This document shows, piece after piece, positions 1 through 9,798 of a stretch of DNA of 52,553 nt. Every line of letters starts with the position of its first letter. Positions within the stretch are counted from its first letter, which is position 1. The notes below the pieces were generated by a model, which did not search any database, had not been told where the DNA came from, and was given only the letters and a program-made list of their open reading frames with translations. Position numbers and translations under genes: made by a program. This stretch comes from an uncultured Gammaproteobacteria bacterium (GTDB lineage Bacteria; Patescibacteriota; Microgenomatia; Levybacterales; UBA12049): the NCBI GenBank assembly GCA_964635045.1, contig CAZWMJ010000005.1, positions 1-52,553 of the forward strand, written 5' to 3'.

Positions 1-150
1 CTAAATCAAATATTACTGCCTTAATCACAAAATTAATTGTACCACACTAGAAAAGACATATTAAATAAACCTTTATGGATATTTAATTTCGCGCATTGTT
101 TCTTCAACTATGGATACTCCATGGGAGTTTTCTGCCACTTCTCCCTTTGA

Positions 151-363
151 TTCTTCTTAATTGTTATCGCATACATAAGGTATTACCTGGAACACATGGA
201 GCATTTGTTGCCAGAAAGCTTAACTCTCATTCATGAAATTGAAACGGATGATCCAAGCTGTATTGATGCCTGCTGGCATAGAAGATTTGAGTCAAAAAGG
301 AAAAATGGCGAATGGTTTGATCTTAATTCTTCCGACGTAAAATCATTTAAGAGGCGAAGGTGA
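151..363 (+). pseudogene. C-terminal remnant of a T5orf172/MUG113-type GIY-YIG-superfamily protein
   Basis: Manual translation from ATG 196: MEHLLPESLTLIHEIETDDPSCIDACWHRRFESKRKNGEWFDLNSSDVKSFKRRR*. It resembles the family C-terminus (IxTDDPxxIExxWHxRFxxKRxNGEWF). An in-frame TGA at 148-150 leaves no N-terminal half. Confidence 0.6.
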
Positions 364-492
364 ATAGTCTAGAATACCAAATTCTTTTAATTTAAGGTTA
401 CATAGGCTTGCAGTTGTTGGTACATTGTTTGGTATTCCTGTATAATTAGTTCGAAAGTAGCAATATCGGGCTCACCAGATAACAGATTAAAG

Positions 493-1545
493 CTAAATTA
501 GCTGAGATATTTTGTCACCGAGCTCTGACGTAGTTAGCGGGTTTGGTGAAATATCTTTGGTGCCAAAACCATCTTCAATTGTTTTTTTAACAGCGTTTAC
601 AACTGTTTCACTTTCTTCTGCTAGATCAAAACTGTATTTCAACATCATGGCGGCAGACAGAATCGAGCCGATGGGATTAGCCGTATTTGTACCGGCGGCT
701 TTGGGAAAAGAGCCATGAATTGGTTCATAGAGTGATATTTTTTCTCCCAAAGAGGCAGACGGCAAAAGTCCGATTGAGCCGGCAATCACCGATGCTTCAT
801 CAGACAGAATATCGCCGAAGATATTATCGGTTAAGATTACATCAAACATAATCGGCCGCTTAATTATCTGCATGGCGGCGTTGTCAACGTACATATATTC
901 ACAAGTAACATCGGGAAAATTTTTAGCGTATTCCATCACCGTTTCCCGCCAGAGCTTTGATGTTTCCAAAACGTTGGCTTTATCAACAAGCGTAACCTTT
1001 TTATTTCTTTTTCTGGCTAGTTCAAAGGCAATTTTGGCAACGCGCAAAATCTCTTTCTTACTATAAATATTAGTTTCAAAAGCTGTTTTATCAATATTTT
1101 TTCTGCCCCGGGGTTTGCCAAAATACAATCCTCCTGTTAGCTCGCGAACGATAACAAAATCAACATTTTGCACAACTTCTTTTTTAAGCGGAGATGTTTC
1201 TATTTGTGGAAATGAAAAAATTGGCCGGATGTTGGCAAATAGACCAAGTTGTTGACGAAGCGCCAGCAGTCCCTGTTCGGGGCGGACTTTATTTTTGGGA
1301 TTGCTGTCGTATTTTGGATCTCCCACCGCTCCCAGCAAAATGGCGTCGGCGTCTTGGCAGATGGTAATTGTTTCCTTGGGCAATGCAGAACCTGTTTTAG
1401 CAATAGCGGAAGCGCCTATCAGAGCATTATTGAACACAAATTGGTGGCGAAATTTTGTGCTCAATTTTTTGAGTACTTTTATTGCTTCATTTATGACTTC
1501 CGGGCCTACACCGTCGCCTGATAATACCGCAATCGTTTTTTTCAT
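493..1545 (-). CDS. leuB: 3-isopropylmalate dehydrogenase
   Basis: GDGVGPEV, RPEQGLLALR, NIFGDILSDEAS and EPIHGS motifs. Confidence 0.97.
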   Translation of the reverse strand: MKKTIAVLSGDGVGPEVINEAIKVLKKLSTKFRHQFVFNNALIGASAIAKTGSALPKETITICQDADAILLGAVGDPKYDSNPKNKVRPEQGLLALRQQLGLFANIRPIFSFPQIETSPLKKEVVQNVDFVIVRELTGGLYFGKPRGRKNIDKTAFETNIYSKKEILRVAKIAFELARKRNKKVTLVDKANVLETSKLWRETVMEYAKNFPDVTCEYMYVDNAAMQIIKRPIMFDVILTDNIFGDILSDEASVIAGSIGLLPSASLGEKISLYEPIHGSFPKAAGTNTANPIGSILSAAMMLKYSFDLAEESETVVNAVKKTIEDGFGTKDISPNPLTTSELGDKISQLI

Positions 1546-2135
1546 ATCGAAAAATCGTTTCTCCTTTTCCTTTCAAAGGCAAAAATTTGCGATTGTAAAC
1601 TTAATAAATAATCAATATCGTCATACTCTTTAATAAGACACATTTTTCGATAAGGATCAAGAGGGAATTTTTCTTTAATATTGATATTTTCAATTTCAAT
1701 AGTTTGGTTTGGGATATCAATATTAACAATTGTTTTATGATTTATTTTTACCTCAGCAAAAAGTTTATTTAAAAAAGTTTGCGAAACCTGTACGGGTAGA
1801 AGTTGATTTATTAAGGCATTATTTTTGAAAATATCGGCAAAAGAGCTGGAAATTACAGCATCAAAACCATAGTCTTTCAATGCCCAAGCAGCGTGTTCCC
1901 GGCTTGAACCAATGCCGAAATTTCGGCCCGCCGCCAGTATTTTTCCCTTGAATGTTTTATCGTTTAATACAAAATCTTTTCTTGGTTTGTTGTTTGAGTC
2001 AAAGCGCCAGTCGCGAAAAAGATGCTGGTCAAAACCTTCCCGCGTTACTGCCTTAAGAAAGCGCGCCGGGATAATCTGATCGGTATCAATGTTTTCCATT
2101 GGCAGTGGTACGCAGGTTGAGAAAATTTTCTTCAT
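1542..2135 (-). CDS. leuD: 3-isopropylmalate dehydratase small subunit
   Basis: [13 protein letters not shown] and [15 protein letters not shown] motifs; 4-nt overlap with leuB. Confidence 0.97.
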   Translation of the reverse strand: MKKIFSTCVPLPMENIDTDQIIPARFLKAVTREGFDQHLFRDWRFDSNNKPRKDFVLNDKTFKGKILAAGRNFGIGSSREHAAWALKDYGFDAVISSSFADIFKNNALINQLLPVQVSQTFLNKLFAEVKINHKTIVNIDIPNQTIEIENINIKEKFPLDPYRKMCLIKEYDDIDYLLSLQSQIFAFERKRRNDFSI

Positions 2136-3538
2136 AGTAATTCTCTTGGGTCGGTTATGCGACCGGTTAAAGCCGACGCGGCCGCTGTTAATGGACTGGC
2201 CAAAAACGTGCGGGCACCGGGACCCTGACGGCCTTCAAAATTTCTATTTGAGGTAGAGATACAATATTTTCCCGAGGGAATTTTATCTTCGTTCATGCCC
2301 AGGCAGGCCGAGCATCCGGGGCCCCGTAGTTCAAAACCAGAATCTTTCAGAATTTTATCAATTCCCTCTTTGCGAGCTTGAGTTTCCACTTGCCTTGAAC
2401 CGGGGACGACGAAAACTTCCACATCGTCCGCTTTTTTTCTTCCTTTAACAATGTGCGCTACCATACGTAGATCTTCAATGCGGGAATTGGTGCAGCTTCC
2501 CAAAAAGACATAATCAACTTTTTGATCTTGTATTTTTTTACCGGGTTTTATGTTCATATAATTTACGGCTTTGCGAAAACTACTGCGCTGACTCTCCATT
2601 TGAAAATTATCTTCGGTGGGAATGTGTTGGCTGATTTTAATTCCCATGCCTGGATTAGTTCCATATGTCACCATCGGTTCAATGTCAGAAGCGTCAAAAG
2701 CGACCCGTTTGTCATATTTAGCCCCTTTGTCGGTAGGCAAGGTTTGCCAATTCCGCAAAGCAGAATCCCAGTTTTTTTCTTTTGGTGCAAACGGTCTGCC
2801 TTTCATGTATTGATATGTGGTTTCATCAGGCGCAATCAAGCCGCCCCGCGCCCCCATCTCAATGCTCATGTTACAAATAGTCATGCGGGCTTCCATGGAA
2901 AGATTTTTAATAGTTGAGCCGGTGTATTCCACAAAATAGCCCGTGCCGCCGCCGGTTGATATTTTGCTGATAATGTAAAGGATGATATCTTTTGACACCA
3001 CGCCTTTTCCCAATTTACCATTTACTTCAATATTCATAGTTTTTGGTTTGTTTTGCAGGATGCATTGACTGGCCAAGACTTGTTCTACTTCGCTGGTTCC
3101 GATGCCAAAGGCCACCGCCCCAAAAGCGCCGTGGGTGGAGGTGTGGCTGTCGCCGCAGACAATGGTCATGCCGGGTTTAGTAATGCCCAGCTCCGGACCT
3201 ATGATATGAACAATCCCCTGAAAAGGATGTCCCATGCCGTAAAGACGGATGCCAAACTCCGAACAGTTTTTGGTAAGTTTTTCTACCTGAATTTTGGATA
3301 ACAATTCTTTAATCGGCAGATGCTGATTTTTAGTCGGCACGTTGTGGTCGGCCGTAGCCCAAGTTCTATCGGGTCGGGCGACTTTTATTTTTCTTCGTCT
3401 TAGTCCGTCAAAAGCCTGCGGAGTTGTCACCTCGTGAATTAAATGCGCGTCTATATAAAGCGCGTCAGGATATCCAACTTTTCGCTGCACAACATGAGCT
3501 TCCCAAATTTTGTCAAAAAGCGTTCGCGGTTTATTCAT
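2132..3538 (-). CDS. leuC: 3-isopropylmalate dehydratase large subunit
   Basis: [44 protein letters not shown] and [12 protein letters not shown] motifs; Fe-S cysteines present. Confidence 0.97.
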   Translation of the reverse strand: MNKPRTLFDKIWEAHVVQRKVGYPDALYIDAHLIHEVTTPQAFDGLRRRKIKVARPDRTWATADHNVPTKNQHLPIKELLSKIQVEKLTKNCSEFGIRLYGMGHPFQGIVHIIGPELGITKPGMTIVCGDSHTSTHGAFGAVAFGIGTSEVEQVLASQCILQNKPKTMNIEVNGKLGKGVVSKDIILYIISKISTGGGTGYFVEYTGSTIKNLSMEARMTICNMSIEMGARGGLIAPDETTYQYMKGRPFAPKEKNWDSALRNWQTLPTDKGAKYDKRVAFDASDIEPMVTYGTNPGMGIKISQHIPTEDNFQMESQRSSFRKAVNYMNIKPGKKIQDQKVDYVFLGSCTNSRIEDLRMVAHIVKGRKKADDVEVFVVPGSRQVETQARKEGIDKILKDSGFELRGPGCSACLGMNEDKIPSGKYCISTSNRNFEGRQGPGARTFLASPLTAAASALTGRITDPRELL

Positions 3539-3562
3539 AAAAACATTCTATCATAAAATTTT

Positions 3563-4138
3563 CTATTTAGCGCGTTTTAGGCGGTTCTTAAAGGTTGTGA
3601 ACTGTTCCTTAAATTTTTCATTTACTTCTTTGAATAATTCCGGTTTACCATCTATACTAGATAGTATGGAGTCCAACTTCTTTCGCTCTTTTTCGTCGCT
3701 TCTTTTGATAATTTCTTCAAGAATAAATTCGGGCAAAAAATACATGGAGTACCTGCGTTTGAAATTATACAAAGAGTAAGGGATATATTTCTCTTCAAGC
3801 GTATGTTCATATATCTTTTTTCCTTTTTTTGGAATCCTCCCAATAACCAGGCGAAAGCCACTGCCGGAGAGTGTTAACCAAGCGTTAACTCTGGCAACAG
3901 TATTAAAGCCAACTCTCAAAGCGGTTCGTATTTCTTCGTATGTTTTGCCGTTAATTAATAATCTTGCAACCTCCAACCGTTTTGCTAACATTTCAAGTTC
4001 TTGAGGGCCAAGTAAATCTGTTAAAAATTGTGCCGCTTCCTCTTTATTTTTAAGAGAAGTAATTGCCTCGCAAAAAGCTATTAAAAGTTTTTGTCTTTCT
4101 TCTTTATTCAATTTTGGAATTCTTGCAAACTTCGCCAT
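3563..4138 (-). CDS. TrpR-like (YerC/YecD family) HTH repressor with C-terminal extension
   Basis: FLTDLLGPQELEMLAKRLEVARLLINGKTYEEIRTALRVGFNTVARV matches the Trp repressor fold. Confidence 0.85.
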   Translation of the reverse strand: MAKFARIPKLNKEERQKLLIAFCEAITSLKNKEEAAQFLTDLLGPQELEMLAKRLEVARLLINGKTYEEIRTALRVGFNTVARVNAWLTLSGSGFRLVIGRIPKKGKKIYEHTLEEKYIPYSLYNFKRRYSMYFLPEFILEEIIKRSDEKERKKLDSILSSIDGKPELFKEVNEKFKEQFTTFKNRLKRAK

Positions 4139-4141
4139 TTA

Positions 4142-4176
4142 TATCCATACTATAGAGTATGAATAGTAGTTGTCAA
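4142..4176 (-). promoter_or_regulatory. sigma70 promoter for trpR-like-leuCDB with overlapping palindromic operator
   Basis: Minus strand TTGACA (4176-4171), 16 nt, TATAGT (4154-4149); inverted repeat CATACT-ATAG-AGTATG at 4146-4161. Confidence 0.65.
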
Positions 4177-4210
4177 GAGAGGGAGACGTATATGCTATAA
4201 TGGCGCTGTT

Positions 4211-5056
4211 ATGCTTGGCGAGGGACATAGAAGTATTGATTATAGATATTTTGATGAAGAAGTTGAAGGACCGTATCGAGGTATTATTCGAACTGGCAGT
4301 TATGGCTTAGTGTCGCTTGTTCGAGCGGATTTTGTACAGCAAGGAGTAGATAAGGCATTTAAGTCGAAAGCCAGATGGGGTTTGCGGTTAGGCGATTTTT
4401 TTAGCGGAGTTCGTCGTTCTTCTACGGCCGAAGCGTTTGACATAGGAGCAGTTACGCATCGGGTGATAGATGAGGGGGTAGCTAGAGAAGATGATATTGG
4501 AAGATTTCCCAGAGACGTAAAAAAAAGAAGCGATCTTATCAAACTTGCCAATATTATAGCGGGTATGGCGAGTTTGTATGGACATCGCGTTCTTCAAGAA
4601 CAAAGAACGGGAAATATTGGGCAACCTTATACTTTAGGTTTACAATTGTCCGATTTTTTGGAAGTGGTTCCGCCAGAGGTTGCCGCAAGAGTTCTTTTTG
4701 CCGCATCAGATCCTGATATCGCCCAAACAATTCTAAAAGGACAAGGCTCACTTCGAGGTCTTCGGCATATTGACGTGCAGCCTCATGCCGTTGAAGCAGT
4801 TGTTCTTTTGCCGAAAGACGCTCGGCACGAGATTTTTACACAAATGGTAGCGCTTGAGCCGGGAATAGGAGGAAGGGCAAATCGATTTTTTGGGGTGATT
4901 GCTTCCAACTGGGCAAACAGGACTTCGGATTATTGTGGCCAAACGCTCATATATCAAAACCTACAAGGCGACAGGGCCATGAGGCAAATTTTAGAAATGC
5001 AGACAGATTTAGCAGAACTTGGACCGCTTGTTAGAGGTGAGGCGGTCAGGAGTTAG
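4211..5056 (+). CDS. hypothetical protein (281 aa), opposite orientation inside the ilv/leu cluster
   Basis: Long ORF filling the trpR-ridA gap; TGcTATAAT at 4193-4201 just upstream; no recognisable motif. Confidence 0.7.
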   Translation: MLGEGHRSIDYRYFDEEVEGPYRGIIRTGSYGLVSLVRADFVQQGVDKAFKSKARWGLRLGDFFSGVRRSSTAEAFDIGAVTHRVIDEGVAREDDIGRFPRDVKKRSDLIKLANIIAGMASLYGHRVLQEQRTGNIGQPYTLGLQLSDFLEVVPPEVAARVLFAASDPDIAQTILKGQGSLRGLRHIDVQPHAVEAVVLLPKDARHEIFTQMVALEPGIGGRANRFFGVIASNWANRTSDYCGQTLIYQNLQGDRAMRQILEMQTDLAELGPLVRGEAVRS

Positions 5057-5432
5057 AGATAAGGCCAATTGCCTCGATTTCGACAAGTGCTCCTTTGGGG
5101 AGACTTAAGACTTCAACTGTGGCACGGGCAGGTTTGCCGGTAAAAAACTTGGCATAAATCTCGTTCATTTTGGCAAAATCATTGATGTTTTTAAGATAAA
5201 CTGTGGTTTTAACCACTTTTGTCAAATCAGAACCGGCCGCCTCCAAAACAGCCTCGATATTTGTAATAACTTGTTTAACCTGATTTTCCAGCCCTTCAGC
5301 CAGACTGCCGGTTACAGGATCCATGCCGATTTGCGCCGCGCAGAAAACAAATCCTCCCGCCACCACCGCCTGTGAATACGGCCCAATTGCCTTCGGCGCT
5401 TTATTGGTTTGAATTGATTTAATTTTACTCAT
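5046..5432 (-). CDS. ridA: RidA/YjgF family enamine-imine deaminase
   Basis: [28 protein letters not shown] and LVEIEAI motifs. Confidence 0.93.
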   Translation of the reverse strand: MSKIKSIQTNKAPKAIGPYSQAVVAGGFVFCAAQIGMDPVTGSLAEGLENQVKQVITNIEAVLEAAGSDLTKVVKTTVYLKNINDFAKMNEIYAKFFTGKPARATVEVLSLPKGALVEIEAIGLISNS

Positions 5433-7186
5433 GATGTTACTGCTCCCGTGCTGGCGCTTGAGACCAGTTTGGCGTATTTGGCCAAGACGCCTCTATTGTA
5501 TTTTGGTTTTGGCACCCGCCACTGACCTTTTCGTTTCGCCAGCTCACTGCTTGCCACTTCCAGATTAACTTCTCTTTTGGCCAAATCAATTGTAATTCTA
5601 TCTCCCTCTTTTATCAAGGCAATGGTGCCGCCCGCTTGAGCTTCGGGGGTAATATGGCCAATGGTGATTCCGTGGGTGCCGCCGGAGAAGCGGCCGTCGG
5701 TTATAAGCGTCACATCTTGTCCCAGACCCGCGCCCATCAGGGCAGCAGTAGGAGAGAGCATCTCCCGCATGCCCGGACCGCCTTTAGGCCCCTCATAGCG
5801 GATAACCATCACATCTCCTTTGTTAATCCTTTTTTGCAGAATAGCATCAAGAGCATCTTCTTCCCGTTCAAATATCCGGGCCGGGCCCTCAAACTTTTTG
5901 ACTTCGCGGCCGGAAAGCTTGATGATGGCTCCCTCGCGGGCCAAGTTGCCGTAGATAATGATCATGTGGTGTTCGGGTTTAGCCAACGGTTTATCAATCG
6001 GATAGATAACATTTTGACCTTTGGGGAAATCGGGAGCAGTTTGCAAATTTTCTGCCACGGTTTTTCCGGTGACCGTCAAACAATCGCCATGAATAAGTCC
6101 GGCCCGCAAAAGCATTTTCATCACCATCGGTATTCCTCCGATATTATCCAAGTCTGCCATGACATATTGACCAAAAGGCTTGAAATTGCCCAGAAGCGGC
6201 ACTTTTTTGGCAATTCTGCTAAAGTCATCAAGATTTAATTTAATTTCTGCTTCATGAGCTAAGGACAAAAGATGGAGTACCATGTTGGTGGAGCCGCCCA
6301 GAGCCAAGGCCACGGTGATGGCATTTTCAAAAGCCTTTTTGGTCATAATATCACGCACGTGAATATCTTTTTCTAAAAGATGAAAAAGGGCCTTGGCGGT
6401 TTCAATGCTGTCGCGGCGTTTTTTATCGGAAATGCGGTTTTTTTCATCCACTGCCGGATGTGAGGCGCTACCCGGAATACTCATACCCAATGCCTCAAGA
6501 ACCGAGGCCATGGTATTGGCGGTGTACATGCCCCCGCAGGAGCCGTTGCCCGGACAACTGCGGCATTCTATTTCATGAAAATCCTTTTCACTCATCTTGC
6601 CCGCCGAGTACTGTCCAATTGCTTCAAAAGTGCTAACAATAGTTAAGTCTTGGCCTTTATAATGACCCGGCAATATTGTTCCGCCATAAAGAGTGATGCC
6701 GATACTGTTGTTTCTAGCCAGAGGAATAAGAGAAGCGGGAATTGTCTTATCGCATCCTGATAGTGTTATTGCCCCGTCTGCCGCGTAGGCTTCATGCATC
6801 ATTTCAATGGAGTCGGCGATTAGCTCCCGTGAAGGAAGCGAATATTTCATGCCTTCCATACCCATGGTTTCTCCGTCGGTGACCACCGGCGTGCCAAAAA
6901 TAATCCCCTTGCCGCCCTGCTTTTCCAGCTCGTCCATTATTAAATTTCCTAAATCGTAAATATGGGCGTTGCAGGGAGTGATATTGGTAAAAGGACAGGC
7001 CACAGTTATAAGAGGTTTGGTAAAATCGTTATCTTTAAAACCTACGGCCCTCATCATGGCCCGGGCATGAGCCCGTTTTACCCAATCTTTGCCGTTTAGA
7101 CTTCCCGTCAAAGCGGTACTGCGTATTTTTAGGTCCTGGCAGTCGCAGTTTTCACAATCTTCACAATGGCCGGTATTTTTTTTCAT
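5429..7186 (-). CDS. ilvD: dihydroxy-acid dehydratase
   Basis: [46 protein letters not shown] and TDGRFSGG motifs. Confidence 0.97.
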   Translation of the reverse strand: MKKNTGHCEDCENCDCQDLKIRSTALTGSLNGKDWVKRAHARAMMRAVGFKDNDFTKPLITVACPFTNITPCNAHIYDLGNLIMDELEKQGGKGIIFGTPVVTDGETMGMEGMKYSLPSRELIADSIEMMHEAYAADGAITLSGCDKTIPASLIPLARNNSIGITLYGGTILPGHYKGQDLTIVSTFEAIGQYSAGKMSEKDFHEIECRSCPGNGSCGGMYTANTMASVLEALGMSIPGSASHPAVDEKNRISDKKRRDSIETAKALFHLLEKDIHVRDIMTKKAFENAITVALALGGSTNMVLHLLSLAHEAEIKLNLDDFSRIAKKVPLLGNFKPFGQYVMADLDNIGGIPMVMKMLLRAGLIHGDCLTVTGKTVAENLQTAPDFPKGQNVIYPIDKPLAKPEHHMIIIYGNLAREGAIIKLSGREVKKFEGPARIFEREEDALDAILQKRINKGDVMVIRYEGPKGGPGMREMLSPTAALMGAGLGQDVTLITDGRFSGGTHGITIGHITPEAQAGGTIALIKEGDRITIDLAKREVNLEVASSELAKRKGQWRVPKPKYNRGVLAKYAKLVSSASTGAVTS

Positions 7187-8673
7187 ACAATCTTTTGCAG
7201 TCCGTCAAGATAAGCCTTGACCGATGCCACCACAATATCGGTATCGGCGCCAAAACCAAAATAAATGTTGTTTTTATAATTAAGCTGAATATGCACCTTG
7301 CCGATGTCGTCGCTGCCCCCAGTTATGGCCTGCACCAAATACTCTTCCAACAAAACTTTTTTGTTGACAATTTTGTTAACCGCGTTAAAAGAAGCATCAA
7401 CAGGGCCGTTTCCCGAGGCCTTGGCAGTTTTTTCCACTCCCTTAATTTTAAGCCTTATTTCTGCCGACGGCTTTGTTTTGGTACCGGAAGAGACATTAAG
7501 CGACACAAGAGCCAGACCGGTTTCAGCACCCTTTTGGCCCATCAGCACGTGTAGATCATCGTCATTAATATCCTTTTTTTTGTCGGCAAATTCCAGGAAT
7601 TTTTGATACAGACTGTCAAGTTTTTCCTGTGAGATTTCGTAGCCCAGTCTTTCCAAGTGATGGCGCAGAGCCGATCTTCCGGAACGGGCTGTTAAAACAA
7701 GTTGCGACTGAGTAATTCCCACATCCTGCGGGTTGATAATTTCGTAGTTTAGTCTATTTTTCAAAACCCCGTTTTGGTGAATACCGGAGGAGTGGGCAAA
7801 GGCGTTTCGCCCGACGATGGCCTTATTGGCCTGAACAGGCATGCGCATAAGACGGGATACAAGGCGGGAAGTTCGGGCAATTTTTTCGGTATTGATATTG
7901 GTTTTACTAGCAAGATCCTGACGAGTTTTGATAATCATTACCACTTCCTCTAACGCGGTGTTTCCCGCCCGCTCTCCCAAACCATTGACAGTTACTTCTA
8001 TTTGCGTGGCGCCATTGATAACAGAAATGATAGTATTGGCAGTGGCCAGGCCCAAATCGTTATGGCAATGAACAGAAACGATTACTTTGTCAATTCCTTT
8101 GACATTTTCAAATAAGTATTTTATTTTTGCTCCAAATTCATCCGGCAGGCAGTAGCCGGTGGTGTCGGGAATATTTACAGTGGTGGCTCCGGCTTTGATT
8201 GCTTCTTCAATAAAGCGGGCTAAAAAGGCGTTTTCCGTTCGTCCGGCGTCCATGGCGGAAAATTCCACATCGTGGGCAAATTTTTTGGCGTATTTTATTG
8301 CGTCAATGCCCTGCTGAAGAATTTTTTCTCTCGTTGAACGAAACTGATATTTAATGTGTACGTCGGAACTGCTGATAAAAGTGTGAATTCTTTTATTTTT
8401 GGCTTTTTCCAGTGAAGATGCCGCCGCGTCAATATCCTCTTTAATGGCTCGGGCAAGGGCGCAGATAACCGGCCGTCTGACTGTTTTTGAAACTTCAATA
8501 ATAGATTTGAGATCTCCCGGGCTGGAAATGGGAAACCCTGCCTCAATAATATCAACGCCTAAATCGTCCAAAGCTTGCGCCACCTCAATTTTTTCAATGG
8601 TATTTAATTGACAGCCCGGCACCTGCTCCCCGTCTCTAAGTGTAGTATCAAAAACAAAAATCTGCCGTTTCAT
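7183..8673 (-). CDS. leuA: 2-isopropylmalate synthase
   Basis: [25 protein letters not shown] and GNGPVDA motifs. Start moved to ATG 8673 (ATGA overlap with the ilvC stop); the ORF-track extension runs through repeat DNA. Confidence 0.95.
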   Translation of the reverse strand: MKRQIFVFDTTLRDGEQVPGCQLNTIEKIEVAQALDDLGVDIIEAGFPISSPGDLKSIIEVSKTVRRPVICALARAIKEDIDAAASSLEKAKNKRIHTFISSSDVHIKYQFRSTREKILQQGIDAIKYAKKFAHDVEFSAMDAGRTENAFLARFIEEAIKAGATTVNIPDTTGYCLPDEFGAKIKYLFENVKGIDKVIVSVHCHNDLGLATANTIISVINGATQIEVTVNGLGERAGNTALEEVVMIIKTRQDLASKTNINTEKIARTSRLVSRLMRMPVQANKAIVGRNAFAHSSGIHQNGVLKNRLNYEIINPQDVGITQSQLVLTARSGRSALRHHLERLGYEISQEKLDSLYQKFLEFADKKKDINDDDLHVLMGQKGAETGLALVSLNVSSGTKTKPSAEIRLKIKGVEKTAKASGNGPVDASFNAVNKIVNKKVLLEEYLVQAITGGSDDIGKVHIQLNYKNNIYFGFGADTDIVVASVKAYLDGLQKIV

Positions 8674-9788
8674 TTCTTTACCTCGCCCGCCATCGCTACG
8701 CTCAGGCGTTGCGGGCGGGTCCTTTCCGGGCGAAGACCTGTACCAGACGGTACGGGTCGCAGTTCTCTCACTTTCGCTCCTGCTCTCCACATTTCTGAAT
8801 TTCTCATTTCTAAGAGTTCTTTTTCTAACCCTTTTTTGTAGTCAGGTTTACTGTTGGCTTTAATTACTACTTGCGCTTCATGTCCGTTTTTTACTTTTTG
8901 ATACAATTCCTCAAAAACCGGCTCCACCGCTTTTCTAAATTTGTGCCGCCAATCCAGCGCTCCTCTTTGAGCGGTGGTGGAACAGTTGGCGTACATCCAG
9001 TCCATGCCGTTTTCCGCAATTAATGGGATTAGGCTTTGAGTCAGTTCCTCCACCGTTTCATTAAACGCCTCGCTGGGGCTGTGTCCCATCCTTCGCAAAA
9101 TGTTGTATTGAGCTTCCATAATACCGGCCGTAGCTCCCATCAGCACTCCCCGCTCGCCGGTGAGATCGCTGAACACCTCTTTTTCAAATGTAGTTTCAAA
9201 TAGGTAACCCGATCCAATGCCAATTCCCATAGCCAAAACTTTTTCTCTCGCCTTTCCTGTGGCGTCCTGATAGAGAGCAAAACTGCTATTTATTCCCTTT
9301 CCTTCCAAAAAGAGTTTACGAACCGTTCTGCCGGAACCTTTGGGGGCTACCAGAATAACATCGACGGTTTTTGGCGGAACAATACCGGTGTGTTTTTTGT
9401 AGGTAATGCCAAAGCCATGCGAGAAATAGAGCGCCTTACCTTTTGCTAGATGCCTTTTAATAGTTGGCCAGGCTTCAATTTGTCCGGCATCGGACAGCAA
9501 ATAGGCAATAATTGTACCCCGTCCGGCCGCTTCTTCTATTTCAAAAAGCGACTTATTTGGTTTCCATCCATCAGTTACGGCTTTCTTCCAGGAGTCGCCG
9601 CCTTTTCTTTGGCCGACAATCACATTAAAGCCGTTGTCGCGCAAATTAAGAGCCTGCGCCGGTCCCTGAACGCCATAGCCGATAACAGAAATAACTTCGT
9701 TTTTAAGCGTCTGTTTGGCTTTTGAGAGAGGAAATTCACTTCTAGTTACCACTTCCTCTGCGACGTCGCCAAATTTCATTTTTGTCAT
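8670..9788 (-). CDS. ilvC: ketol-acid reductoisomerase with a repeat-derived C-terminal tail
   Basis: [21 protein letters not shown] and [12 protein letters not shown] motifs; N-terminal [10 protein letters not shown] as in Bacteroidetes/fungal-type KARI. Confidence 0.95.
   Translation of the reverse strand: MTKMKFGDVAEEVVTRSEFPLSKAKQTLKNEVISVIGYGVQGPAQALNLRDNGFNVIVGQRKGGDSWKKAVTDGWKPNKSLFEIEEAAGRGTIIAYLLSDAGQIEAWPTIKRHLAKGKALYFSHGFGITYKKHTGIVPPKTVDVILVAPKGSGRTVRKLFLEGKGINSSFALYQDATGKAREKVLAMGIGIGSGYLFETTFEKEVFSDLTGERGVLMGATAGIMEAQYNILRRMGHSPSEAFNETVEELTQSLIPLIAENGMDWMYANCSTTAQRGALDWRHKFRKAVEPVFEELYQKVKNGHEAQVVIKANSKPDYKKGLEKELLEMRNSEMWRAGAKVRELRPVPSGTGLRPERTRPQRLSVAMAGEVKK
8681..8720. repeat. 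palindromic element (CCCGCCATCGC...GCTCAGGCGTTGCGGGC family) in the ilvC 3' end
   Basis: cctcgcccgccatcgctacgctcaggcgttgcgggcgggt; both arms shared with 29281-29328. Confidence 0.8.
8735..8758. repeat. 24-bp imperfect palindrome, in frame in ilvC
   Basis: gacctgtacc-agac-ggtacgggtc (9/10 bp stem); the protein reads [12 protein letters not shown]. Confidence 0.65.
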
Positions 9789-9798
9789 AAAATCTCCT

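Noticed and set aside
418-490. Plus-strand promoter (TATAAT near 442-447) driving an RNA antisense to leuB
   Set aside because: The -35 is weak, the context is AT-rich, and no terminator or conserved structure supports a transcript.
8674-8790. 39-aa N-terminal extension of LeuA in the ORF track
   Set aside because: It overlaps ilvC and is made of palindromic repeat DNA; ATG 8673 gives the usual ATGA coupling and a normal N-terminus.
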